Shown: piece after piece, positions 18,620 to 27,984 of the stretch | How the letters are laid out: each line of letters opens with the position of its first letter | How positions within the stretch are numbered: the first letter of the stretch is position 1 | From: Escherichia phage vB_EcoM-ZQ1 | Strand: one strand, 5' to 3' | Sequence record: MW650886.1 | Length of the DNA stretch: 64,000 nt | Notes under the pieces: generated by a model | Database searches by the model: none | The model's input: only the letters and a program-made list of their open reading frames with translations | What the model was told of the DNA's origin: nothing | Translations under genes and position numbers: made by a program

Positions 18620-19802
18620 TAAGTTAGCAGCATAGGGGCTTTGGTTGGCGACAACCATCGAATAACTCTCTTAATTGCTGGGAAGTCTCTTTAGAGATAA
18701 TCAGCAGCCAAGGTCGGCCACGAAGACCTAAATACTCTGTAACCACGGTGAAGGAGTAAGGTCATGAAGGAAATCAAGAGTCTGTTCTATCGAAATGATT
18801 TGGTAATTGAAGAATCTAAGATAGAAGAATATTTGAAGTTCTGTAAGGAACACAGTTATGATGGTGATGGATACAGTGAACGCCATCATGTACTGCCTCA
18901 GGCACATTATCCTGAGTTCTCTAAAGAAGAATGGAACATCGTAAACCTGTTGTACAAAGATCATGTGGAGGCTCATCGCCTATTGCATGAAGCATTACCA
19001 GAAGATAAATCAGCGTTCTTCGCCTACTTCATGATGAAATCCCATAACGGGGAACTAAGTGAGGAATTGAGAAGAAAGAATGTTGAAATGTTGACGGGAG
19101 AAGGGAATCCTTCGAAGAGGGAAGATGTCAGAAGAAAGATATCCAAATCTAAGAAGGGTGTTAAAAGGGCAGATATGAAGGGTAAGGCTTATTTCGGCGC
19201 TGATAAAGAAACAGCTGAAAGAATTAAAGCCAATTCCAGTCTTGTTCACAAAGGCACTGTCCCCGTAAGACTCCTGGATGGTAGTGTTATCAAAGTTTCA
19301 ACGCAAGACCCGAGATATTTGAGTGGTGAGTTGAAATGTATAATAGGTGCAAAGAAAGGTCAGGTGGGACCAAACACCGACCCAAAAGCGAAGAAGAAAT
19401 TTAAAGATTCTTTAGAGAAAAGGAAGGAAATGTTTGCCAGAATGAGTGGGGAAGAAATAACCACTCATTGCTTGACACAACAGGATTTAGGTAAGAAGAC
19501 TGTAGAGTGGGGCAAGTTGGCAAGAAACTTCAAACGACTCTTTGGTTACGCTGGGTTAAACCCAGATGATTTCCTTGAAGTAGTGGGCGACAAGGTTCAA
19601 CGACTATCGAAAGCAAGACCGACGACTAAGCGTCTGATCTGAAGCGAGTAGAGTAGGGGCAAGCGCCTCGAAATGGAGAGAATCTCTAGACAGTTCTGGA
19701 GATTGTGATATAGTCTGGCCTGTATGGTGACATACAGCAGTGTTCGGTAAACTGAATGACGAACACGGGGGATGAAATAGCGAGCATCCCTGAACACAAG
19801 CG
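18620..19802 (+). mobile_element. Putative group I intron carrying an HNH homing endonuclease, inserted in the DNA polymerase gene
   Basis: Splicing 18619 to 19803 restores the frame and yields DLNSLYPHII (motif A); exon 1 ends in U, intervening sequence ends in G; internal ORF has an HNH motif. Confidence 0.6.
18764..19642 (+). CDS. HNH homing endonuclease (intron-encoded)
   Basis: HNH motif ERHHVLPQAHYPEF...NIVNLLYKDHVEAH; NUMOD-like repeats GEGNPSKREDVRRKISKSKKG; SD AAGGAG. Confidence 0.7.
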   Translation: MKEIKSLFYRNDLVIEESKIEEYLKFCKEHSYDGDGYSERHHVLPQAHYPEFSKEEWNIVNLLYKDHVEAHRLLHEALPEDKSAFFAYFMMKSHNGELSEELRRKNVEMLTGEGNPSKREDVRRKISKSKKGVKRADMKGKAYFGADKETAERIKANSSLVHKGTVPVRLLDGSVIKVSTQDPRYLSGELKCIIGAKKGQVGPNTDPKAKKKFKDSLEKRKEMFARMSGEEITTHCLTQQDLGKKTVEWGKLARNFKRLFGYAGLNPDDFLEVVGDKVQRLSKARPTTKRLI

Positions 19803-21150
19803 ATATCCACACATCATTCAGCAGTACAACCTCGGTCCTGAGACTATCGTTGGCGACAAACACCAGCGCCGCGAGATTATTGAGGCTATGTGTGAAGAGC
19901 TGGCTGCTCAGATGAATAACATGGCAACGCCGATGCACAAACGTCGGTTGATGAAAGCCCTTCACGACAAGCTGTTGCGTGCGGTTGACGAACGCCTGCA
20001 GGTTGTTGATGAGTTGGTTGCCCTGGGTGAGTTCCACTTTGAAACCCTGCGCCGCTACAACGTGTCGTTCACGCCGAACGTTCAATTCTTCAGCAACGAG
20101 AAGATGTCGTTCCTGTCTGAAATCATGCGTGGTATCTACAGCGACCGTAAAGTAGAGAAGGCCAAGGGTCTGAAGTATGAGCAGTGGGCTGGCTGGTGTA
20201 AAGAGATGTCGAAGGGCGACTTCCATCTTGAGTCTGCCATAAAGTCTCGCTACTATGACCCAGAGTGGTATGAAGAGCACAAGAACATTGATCTTGATGC
20301 CCTGACCGAAGTGATGAAGAAGTGGGAAGATCTGGGTGTTGCTCAAGATACCCTACAGCAAGGTCTGAAGATCTTGATGAACGCAGGTTATGGCGCTATC
20401 TCGAACGTCTGGTTCAAAGAGTACTTCAACCTCAACATTGCCGAAGCCATCACCACATCCGGTCAGCTGATCAATAAGTGGAACAAGCGTTACACTGATG
20501 ACTATCTGAACAAGCTGTGTGGTACAACAGGCCAGGACTTCGTCATTGCAGGGGATACCGACTCCAACTACATCTGTATTGAGCGTCTTGTCAAGCAGTT
20601 GTGGCCTGATGTTACTGACCATCATGCTATGGTTGATAATATCGACCAATGGATCAAAGACAACTACCAGCCGAAGACCAATGAGTGGGCACAGCTTCTG
20701 TGTAACACCATGAACGGATTTGAACAGCGCATGGTGTGGGAGCGTGAGGTCATTGCGTCAGCCGCTGTCTGGCGAGCCAAGAAGATGTATGCCATGGCCG
20801 TGTACGACAGTGAGGGTATCAAGTACGAGAAGCCGAAGATCAAGTTCAAAGGTCTGGAAGCCCGCAAGTCCACCACGCCGGAATGGTGTCGTGAGCGTCT
20901 TGTTAAGTGCTATGAGAAGATCCTACTCGGCACCGAAGAGGAAGTACAGACGCTCATCTCCCAGTACAAAGAGGAGTACATGAAGCTCTCTGTAGACGAT
21001 ATCGCCAAGGCATCCGGTGTGTCCGACATAGAGAAGTGTGTGGCCGCCGACGGCTCGTTCATCTCTGGTGCTCACTATGCTGCCAAGGCTTGTGTGGGTT
21101 ACAACCGTCTGGTTGAGAAGAACGAAGACCTCGGGCCTGCCGATGATTGA
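19803..21150 (+). CDS. DNA polymerase, family B, exon 2 (polymerase half)
   Basis: Begins YPHIIQQYNLGPETIV (motif A continuation); motif B KILMNAGYGA; motif C VIAGDTDSNYI. Confidence 0.75.
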
Positions 21151-21446
21151 GTCGGGTGATAAGGTCAACATGGTACTGCTGAAGAATGGCAACCCGTTTG
21201 GCCAGAATTACTTCGCATACCTGAGTTCTTCCCCGAGGAGCTTGGTCTGGGCAAATGGGTGGATTATCAGGCGGCCTTTGAGAAGTCCTTCATTGATCCG
21301 ATTCAGTCTATCCTCGACGTGGTCGGCTGGTCACACAAGCGCCGTGTGAACCTTCTTGCCATGATGCAAAAGAAGAAAGGTTGATTCAATAAACCAAAGG
21401 GGGATATAATTCCCCCTGTTAACCCTTTGACAAACAGGTGATTGAA

Positions 21447-21788
21447 ATGAAACTCAATAAGATTCTTCTGGTGTGTGCTCTGGCTTTCTCTACCACTGCG
21501 TGTTCCACCCTTCTGGACGTTGCATCTACTGTAGACCTTGACGCGCCGACGTTCACCAATGAGCAGGCCGTGTCTAAGATGGAAGACACCATCAAAGCAC
21601 ATGCAGCACTGGACAACACTACCCCAGGTCCGCTCCAAACTGTCTGCAACTATGACGATTCCATCCAGGAAGACGAAACTTACCACTGCATCACCTACGT
21701 GAAGCAGGCCTCCGTCGTTCTGTATGCAGATTGTACCGAAGAACAGTGTGTTGCTACAGGCTACGATAAAGTTGAGGAAGACAAATGA
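21447..21788 (+). CDS. Putative lipoprotein
   Basis: Signal peptide MKLNKILLVCALAFSTTAC with Cys at the lipobox position; SD AGGTGA; track start 21438 is a GTG. Confidence 0.45.
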   Translation: MKLNKILLVCALAFSTTACSTLLDVASTVDLDAPTFTNEQAVSKMEDTIKAHAALDNTTPGPLQTVCNYDDSIQEDETYHCITYVKQASVVLYADCTEEQCVATGYDKVEEDK

Positions 21789-22561
21789 ACAACCTGGTTT
21801 GTATCTATGATATGAAATCAAAGGTCGGTGGCCTGTATCGCGTCCTCGTGGATGTTGACCTGACTTTGGTCGACAGCCTCTCCCCTTGGGTGCAGTGGTT
21901 CAACGAAGAGAATCTCAGCTTATCCAAGCATTATGACGGTCATGGACCAGCGCCGTTCCAGCCGATCACTAAAGAGTGTTATATGTCCCATGCTGGCGAC
22001 CTGGCTATTCTGATGCGTGAACGTGCGCATCCGGCGTGGCTATACCATGAAGTCCAATTGGGGCTGCACAAACAACGTGTGCCAAGCGGTAACGATCCTA
22101 TGGACTGGTGGCGTCGCCCTGACCTGTACGCCAAGATGAACCCACTTCCAGGCGCTTACGAGTTCCTGGTGAATCTGAAGAAGATTCTACTCGAAGACTT
22201 TGACAATGTTGAATTCATCGCAGTGTCCAAGTGTGAGCCGGAACACGAGCGCAGCAAGCGTCAGTTTGTCTATGACAAGTTCCCTGGTATCTTCAACGGG
22301 TTTGTCAGCACCGACGAAAAGCATCTGCTGGCTGGCGATGTCCTGATTGATGACAATCCGAAGTATGTCGAGCCATGCGGCCTGAACAACATCTTTGTCA
22401 TCTTTGTTCCTCAGGGCAATTATGAAAAACTGGATCTTTCGAATTCGGAAGACATGCTTTATATTAAACCAGTAGAAGGCCAGAATCACTTCGACTTCCT
22501 GAACCGCAATATTGTCGAAGTGGTGAACCGCCTGATTAGTCATTATCAATACGTCCGATAG
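21785..22561 (+). CDS. HAD-superfamily phosphatase (5'-deoxyribonucleotidase-like)
   Basis: HAD motif I VLVDVDLTLVDS (DxDxT) and C-terminal DD motif (VLIDDNPKY). Confidence 0.55.
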   Translation: MNNLVCIYDMKSKVGGLYRVLVDVDLTLVDSLSPWVQWFNEENLSLSKHYDGHGPAPFQPITKECYMSHAGDLAILMRERAHPAWLYHEVQLGLHKQRVPSGNDPMDWWRRPDLYAKMNPLPGAYEFLVNLKKILLEDFDNVEFIAVSKCEPEHERSKRQFVYDKFPGIFNGFVSTDEKHLLAGDVLIDDNPKYVEPCGLNNIFVIFVPQGNYEKLDLSNSEDMLYIKPVEGQNHFDFLNRNIVEVVNRLISHYQYVR

Positions 22562-22570
22562 GAGGACATC

Positions 22571-22876
22571 GTGCAAGAACAATCCAAGTTTGGGGAAACC
22601 CCAGACAAGCGTTCCGGTGATAGCGACATGGATAGCGTGATTAACCATGTGAACAACTTCATTCGTCAGCAGGAGACTCCAACTCCTATCGGTGCAGCCA
22701 AGGCTCTTCATGATATACTGGTGAAGATCGGCCAGCGCTCTGAAGCAGATGAAATCTTCTATAACTTCGACGACCAGTATAAAGTGAAGTTTGAAGAGAA
22801 TGGCCACCCACAGGTTGCTGTGTTCTGGGCACCTTGGCTGGGTGGCGTGAGCTGGCGTATTGAGGATGCTGTGTAA
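22571..22876 (+). CDS. Hypothetical protein
   Basis: 101-aa ORF. Confidence 0.4.
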   Translation: MQEQSKFGETPDKRSGDSDMDSVINHVNNFIRQQETPTPIGAAKALHDILVKIGQRSEADEIFYNFDDQYKVKFEENGHPQVAVFWAPWLGGVSWRIEDAV

Positions 22877-24474
22877 TGGCTCGCTACCATTACACATATA
22901 GGATAACTCATGTCCCAACTGGGAGATTCTACGTCGGGATTCGGTCTTGTTCATGCACCCCCGAACAAGACCCCTATATGGGTTCTGGTGTTATCATCAA
23001 AAGGTTGTTGGAATCTCACCCCGCTTCTGAATTCTTAAAGACGATAATAGAAAAGTTTGAAACCAGGTTGGAGGCGTCCGACCTGGAGTCTATTATTGTT
23101 ACGGAAGAGTTACTGTTGGACCCATTATGCCTGAACCTGAAATTGGGAGGAGACAATTCTATCATACCAAACCAATTTAAGGCGGCGTTGGCCAGGACTG
23201 GCAAGAAATACAAATCTGGTATAAATCCTTGGGATGATCCAGAATACCGGGAACGTGTAATAAAATCAATAAAGGAGAACAGGGGTAATTCTCCCTACCC
23301 ATTCATGGTTTCAAATGGTTATTGGTGGGTTTGGAAGGACGCCCGTAGGATCTATGATAGATGGGTGAACAACGGCGGTACTGTGAATCCTACCTGTATG
23401 CCAAAACGAGGATGTGGTTACAAATCTATCGGATTGTGGTATTCTAAACTACTGGACACAGAGTATCGTAATCTAAAGGGCGATGAGAGCGTCTTTCGTA
23501 ATATGATCGCCATGTTTAAAGATGGTTGGATTCCCAAAGAGGACAAACGTTTTATGACTATGATAAATTCTAGCGTGACGCCGGGTATTGTCGTTATTCG
23601 CGGGACAAGTGGAACGGGAAAGGGGACTCGTGTCGTTCAATTCCTTGAGTGGTTGAGAACCAAATATGAGCCAGAACTCATAGAATACGAATTCGACAAG
23701 AAGATGATCCAGGTTGGGTTTTGGTTCAAGGAAATCAATCTGGTGTTCATCGGCAAGTATACAGTGTCCAACAAATCAGGTCTAGCATCATGGACTTCTA
23801 TGGATTTCATACACTCCACTCTCAAGTCTTCTGAGATGGCCAATTCGTTGTTGAAGTATCTCAAAATAAAGTTCAAAGATGCAACTATCATCTTGGAGGG
23901 GGAACCTATGATGCAGAGCCATCGATGGCGTCCCGAGTTCGTACACCAGGACTTGGGGTTCAACAACATGGCATTCATCTCCTTTATTTACCAAGCGCGG
24001 GAAGATTACGACAAACGTATCATCGGTCGTTCTGGTAAGGCGGCGAAGGACACTGGCTGGGGAAGAAATGAACAATACACCAAGGATCACGTCAAGATCA
24101 TGGGTGAGTACGCTTCCATCGGATACGAACTTGAACCAGACTCTCAGAATGAGTTGTTCATTGCAAAGGCAGCGAATGAAAATGGTGTAAAGGCAGTTGG
24201 TTGGAATATACTGAAATTCTTCGATGCCCCTCTCCACTTTATTGGTAGTTTTATTATAGATTTTGTTGGATTGAGAGGGTTGTCCAAAGAAGAGTTTCAA
24301 AAATATTGCGACACCACACCAATGTTGCGCAAGATTAAGGGTAGCAACCCTTTGGCGCACAGAGTCCCTGAGAAGCCGCAGAAGGCATCCAAAACTAAAA
24401 CCAAGGCGAGCGCCCAGCCAGAAGCAACGAAGGCAGCGTCGCGCTCTCTCCTTGACCTGATGAAGAAGGGGTGA
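22876..24474 (+). CDS. P-loop kinase with GIY-YIG-like N-terminal extension (candidate 5-hydroxymethyl-dU DNA kinase-type enzyme)
   Basis: N-terminus YHYTYRITHVPTGRFYVGIRS resembles a GIY-YIG nuclease motif; Walker A GIVVIRGTSGTGKGT at about residue 235, preceded by an internal ATG. Confidence 0.5.
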   Translation: MARYHYTYRITHVPTGRFYVGIRSCSCTPEQDPYMGSGVIIKRLLESHPASEFLKTIIEKFETRLEASDLESIIVTEELLLDPLCLNLKLGGDNSIIPNQFKAALARTGKKYKSGINPWDDPEYRERVIKSIKENRGNSPYPFMVSNGYWWVWKDARRIYDRWVNNGGTVNPTCMPKRGCGYKSIGLWYSKLLDTEYRNLKGDESVFRNMIAMFKDGWIPKEDKRFMTMINSSVTPGIVVIRGTSGTGKGTRVVQFLEWLRTKYEPELIEYEFDKKMIQVGFWFKEINLVFIGKYTVSNKSGLASWTSMDFIHSTLKSSEMANSLLKYLKIKFKDATIILEGEPMMQSHRWRPEFVHQDLGFNNMAFISFIYQAREDYDKRIIGRSGKAAKDTGWGRNEQYTKDHVKIMGEYASIGYELEPDSQNELFIAKAANENGVKAVGWNILKFFDAPLHFIGSFIIDFVGLRGLSKEEFQKYCDTTPMLRKIKGSNPLAHRVPEKPQKASKTKTKASAQPEATKAASRSLLDLMKKG

Positions 24475-24476
24475 TC

Positions 24477-24674
24477 ATGAAACGGTTGTCTAATTATCTG
24501 TTGTTCATTGGTCTGGTTATGGCAGCCGTTTCAATGTGTACTGCCCTAGCCTATCATTTCACCCCTCTGGACTTAACAACCTCAGAGAAGTTAAACGTGA
24601 CTGTGATGTACTGTATTGGCGCGGTGATGTCTATCGGCGCTGCTGGTTACAAAATATTCAAGGAACCAAAATGA
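24477..24674 (+). CDS. Small membrane protein
   Basis: 65 aa, two hydrophobic helices; SD GAAGGGG; track start 24471 is a GTG. Confidence 0.4.
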   Translation: MKRLSNYLLFIGLVMAAVSMCTALAYHFTPLDLTTSEKLNVTVMYCIGAVMSIGAAGYKIFKEPK

Positions 24675-25048
24675 AAATTCAAATTCCTCGCGATGCTGTG
24701 GCTGTTGCGATCGACTACACCGGAAACGCCAAGCACATTACTGCCGTGCGCCTGATTCCTGAAAAGAACTGCGTCATCCCTCAGTTCCAACTGAATGCCA
24801 ATCCGTCATCCAAAGACTTTGGCAAGTGGTTGCAGGCTGCTCCGTTCCGTACCCAGACGAACGCTCAGATGTTCATCTCGAGTAAGACCCACACCGCAGC
24901 CCGTCTGTGGTTCGTGACCGCTGACCGTCGCTTTGTCGATATGTGGGAACGTCCGATGGGGTTCGTGAAGCCGGAAGATATTCAGCTGGCTCCTGAGCCT
25001 GAAGCTGTGGCTCCTGAAGAGGAAGCGAAAGATGCATCATTTATCTAA
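24671..25048 (+). CDS. Hypothetical protein
   Basis: 125 aa; ATG overlaps the upstream stop (ATGA); the track ORF 24536..25048 has an unlikely upstream start. Confidence 0.45.
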   Translation: MKIQIPRDAVAVAIDYTGNAKHITAVRLIPEKNCVIPQFQLNANPSSKDFGKWLQAAPFRTQTNAQMFISSKTHTAARLWFVTADRRFVDMWERPMGFVKPEDIQLAPEPEAVAPEEEAKDASFI

Positions 25049-26267
25049 AATGCCGACGGGCTATACGCCTCCGGCTGAATGGAAGTACCCGATTGACCTG
25101 GCTGTTGATTATCGCAAGCCTGAGAATCGCATGTACCTGCTCAAGGCTTGGGTGGAGGCGCTGTCCTACACAGAAGAGCACAACCAGCAGATGCGTCTGA
25201 TGGACTATGCGATCGAAGTCACTGAAGGCATCAGCCTCGAACAGAAAGTCGAGCGCAAGATCTGGATGGCATTCCTGTGGGGTTGTTGCTATAACGCCGT
25301 CGGGCCGTGGACGATCTACAGTGAGTTCCCTGTGCCGCCTCAGTCTAAGGAAGATATGCAGCGCTTCTCTGATTGGTACAACCTGAACTTTGATCGCATG
25401 CGATTCGATACCGACTGTCGCTACCGCAAGTCCAAGATGATTCCGTGTGTTCAGTCCTATATTGACTGGCTGGCTGGCCGTACTCAATATGACGCTTTCC
25501 GTGGGATGTTGGTGTGCATCGATAAGACAGAACAATTCACCCAGCTGTGGGACACGGCGATGTCCTGGAAATACTTCGGTCGCCTGAGCGCCTGGAACTT
25601 CCTGGAAGCCCTGAACATGGTATTCGGAAACGAATACACCATTGACGTCCCTGGCTTCATGTTGCGTGATCGTGATGGAAGCGAGTCCAACCGTAATGGC
25701 GCGGCGTTCTTGTCCAACCGTGACGATTGGGTGACTAAACACGGGAAGAAAAAGATCAACGGTTGTCCTATCATGGATGAAGAGTGTGACATCCTTGAGG
25801 CCGACCTTGAGCAGGCGTTCCAGGATTGTGTGGCTGAGTTCGGGCACCTGACGTTCATCAACCGCCTGAACTTTGAAACCTCCGGCGCTTGTTGGCTGAA
25901 GAAATTCTTCCGACTGAAGAATACCCGTTACATCGGGTGGGACGCAGAGCGTACTTGGGATGAGATAGACTACATGGAACGCGTCTGGCCTGAATACTCC
26001 TGCGCAGCGCTCTGGGAAGCCCGTTCGCTCTGGCTGCCAGATACCCTGTTGTGCGAAAAGGCTCCTGTAGGGCACGTTCCAGGCGTCCAGAAGTGGAAGA
26101 TGCCTGTATTCTTTGAGACTGGTGTTCCTCTGCATATCTGGCACCTGCAAAAGGGTACGCGCTGGGAACCATCCGAGGTATGTACGAACCTGAAGATGCC
26201 TGTGCGCAAGGTTGAGGACAAGTCGAAGTCCAGCAGCGTCAACCTCATGGCACTCTTGAAACGCTGA
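25032..26267 (+). CDS. Hypothetical protein (candidate DNA base-modification enzyme by context)
   Basis: 411-aa ORF directly downstream of the kinase; SD GAGGAAG; the antisense 369-aa ORF 25041..26150 is judged a shadow. Confidence 0.45.
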   Translation: MHHLSKMPTGYTPPAEWKYPIDLAVDYRKPENRMYLLKAWVEALSYTEEHNQQMRLMDYAIEVTEGISLEQKVERKIWMAFLWGCCYNAVGPWTIYSEFPVPPQSKEDMQRFSDWYNLNFDRMRFDTDCRYRKSKMIPCVQSYIDWLAGRTQYDAFRGMLVCIDKTEQFTQLWDTAMSWKYFGRLSAWNFLEALNMVFGNEYTIDVPGFMLRDRDGSESNRNGAAFLSNRDDWVTKHGKKKINGCPIMDEECDILEADLEQAFQDCVAEFGHLTFINRLNFETSGACWLKKFFRLKNTRYIGWDAERTWDEIDYMERVWPEYSCAALWEARSLWLPDTLLCEKAPVGHVPGVQKWKMPVFFETGVPLHIWHLQKGTRWEPSEVCTNLKMPVRKVEDKSKSSSVNLMALLKR

Positions 26268-26301
26268 TATAAATATCCTCGCCTATAAAGCGAGGATATT
26301 A

Positions 26302-26472
26302 TCATGTTACAAGATCTGTTGGTTTATGCGCTTCCTGGCGCGGTTGTCGGCTTCATCGCTGGTGCTCTGGTCTTCCGTAAACACGCGCAAGATGGTGAAG
26401 TGATTGTTCAGAAGGGTAAGGACATCCTGGAACAAATCGAAGCCAAGCTGGAAGAGCTGAAGAAAAAGTAAT
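26302..26472 (+). CDS. Small single-TM protein (56 aa)
   Basis: MLQDLLVYALPGAVVGFIAGALVFRK... followed by a charged tail; preceded by a hairpin containing TATAAATA. Confidence 0.35.
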
Positions 26473-26497
26473 CTGACTGGGTTGCTTCCTTCAATAA

Positions 26498-26536
26498 AGG
26501 GGAATGGGTTATTATTAGCCCGTTCCCCTTTCTTTT
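26498..26536 (+). terminator. Intrinsic terminator
   Basis: Stem GGGGAATGGG / CCCGTTCCCC followed by TTTCTTTTT; preceded by TTCAATAAA. Confidence 0.6.
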
Positions 26537-26638
26537 TGCAAGAATATACATCATGGCAATGCAACGAATTGAAGATATGTCTCTACTCAACATGGAAGCG
26601 ACTTTTGGCGCTTCCGTTATCGTCATGGGAGAATCCAA

Positions 26639-26857
26639 ATGATCAAGAATACCCGAACAATGAAGCGCGCAATCGCTCACTGTGTCCATTCAGTGGCAAC
26701 TATTATGTTCCGCCACCACATCACATTTGATGAAGCACTGGACCCACAGTACCATGAAGAGCGTTGGGATTTGTTGTTAAAGAACGGCGCCAATCCTGAG
26801 CATAAAGATCAACTCCTTGGGATGACCAAGGCGCAGCTCGTCGGTGAATCCAAATGA
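26639..26857 (+). CDS. Hypothetical small protein
   Basis: 72-aa ORF whose stop overlaps the next start. Confidence 0.4.
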   Translation: MIKNTRTMKRAIAHCVHSVATIMFRHHITFDEALDPQYHEERWDLLLKNGANPEHKDQLLGMTKAQLVGESK

Positions 26858-27966
26858 TCTACCTCCTGTTTGGTGTGCCATTGGTACTGGCTATCCTGTT
26901 TGTGACCTACCACCGCAAGACCCATGAGCCGAAAGAGACTCTGATAGCGACCGCGATTGTAGTGGTGCTATCCTGTCTGATTCAGGCGGGGACTTATGCT
27001 GCGTTCTCCCTTGGCAGTTCAGGGGATATTGAGATCCTGAACGGGTACGTCACTGCAAAGGAGCGGAATGAGGTGAGCTGTGAGCATTCATATGAATGCA
27101 ACTGTTACTACACCACATCTTGTACAGGTTCAGGAAATAACCGATCTTGTACACAAACGCGTCATTGCAGCACATGCTATGAGCACTCTTATGACGTGGA
27201 CTGGGATGTGTTGACGACTGTCGGTAATTTGACGATTGACCGCATTGATCGTCGCGGCCTTGGTCAGCCCCCGCGCTGGGCGCAAGTTCAGATCGGCGAA
27301 CCCGCAGCCCGTGAGCATTCCTACATGAACTATGTGCTGGGTAACAAGGACTCTCTGTTCTCTCGCTCGGACCAGCAGTTTGCTGAGCGCTTCAAAGACA
27401 AGATTCCGAAGTACCCTGAGGTCTATGACTACTATCGCGTCACTCGTGTACTGAATGTGTCAGGGATGGACATTCCTGTTGATTACTGGAATGACTATCT
27501 GAACAATACTCTGAAAACATTAGGTGCTTCACGCCAGGTCAATATCGTCTGGGTTGTGACATCCGGTCAGCCAGTTGAATACTTCCAGGGCTTGGTCTAT
27601 GCTTGGGATGGTGGTAAAAAGAACGACGTTATCGTCGTGACCGACATCAGCAAAGATCTGAAGATCAACTGGGGCAAGAGCACTTCGTTCGCTGATGGTA
27701 TGCACAACCGTGAACTCCATTCTCGCAATGGCATGGCTCTCACAGGCCACGACATGGGCGTCGGTGTCATGGCTGATGTTGTCGCTAACATCACCAAAGG
27801 CTACAACCGCGTTGAGATGAAGGAAATGGAGTACCTGAAGTGGCGGGAACTCAAGACCTGGGAAGTTGTGGTTGTTGTTCTGCTGGGCTGCTTACCATTC
27901 ACCGCAATTTTCATATTGCAGCGAATGGAGTACAATGGTGGCCGTCGTTATCCGTTTAATTTTTAA
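26854..27966 (+). CDS. Cys-rich membrane protein (N- and C-terminal TM helices, large extracytoplasmic domain)
   Basis: TM helices at both ends; Cys cluster CEHSYECNCYYTTSCTGSGNNRSCTQTRHCSTCYEHSY; immediately upstream of the LemA-family gene. Confidence 0.5.
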   Translation: MIYLLFGVPLVLAILFVTYHRKTHEPKETLIATAIVVVLSCLIQAGTYAAFSLGSSGDIEILNGYVTAKERNEVSCEHSYECNCYYTTSCTGSGNNRSCTQTRHCSTCYEHSYDVDWDVLTTVGNLTIDRIDRRGLGQPPRWAQVQIGEPAAREHSYMNYVLGNKDSLFSRSDQQFAERFKDKIPKYPEVYDYYRVTRVLNVSGMDIPVDYWNDYLNNTLKTLGASRQVNIVWVVTSGQPVEYFQGLVYAWDGGKKNDVIVVTDISKDLKINWGKSTSFADGMHNRELHSRNGMALTGHDMGVGVMADVVANITKGYNRVEMKEMEYLKWRELKTWEVVVVVLLGCLPFTAIFILQRMEYNGGRRYPFNF

Positions 27967-27984
27967 TCAAAAGAGGAAGTAAGA

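Noticed and set aside
19597-20346. 249-aa minus-strand ORF inside DNA polymerase exon 2
   Set aside because: Antisense to a motif-verified polymerase domain.
21388-21416. Hairpin GGGGGA-TATAAT-TCCCCC as an intrinsic terminator
   Set aside because: No U-run follows it on either strand; more likely part of a promoter or regulatory element.
25041-26150. 369-aa minus-strand ORF antisense to ORF 25032..26267
   Set aside because: Mirrors the sense gene almost exactly, has no SD, and the block is co-directional on the plus strand; judged a shadow ORF.
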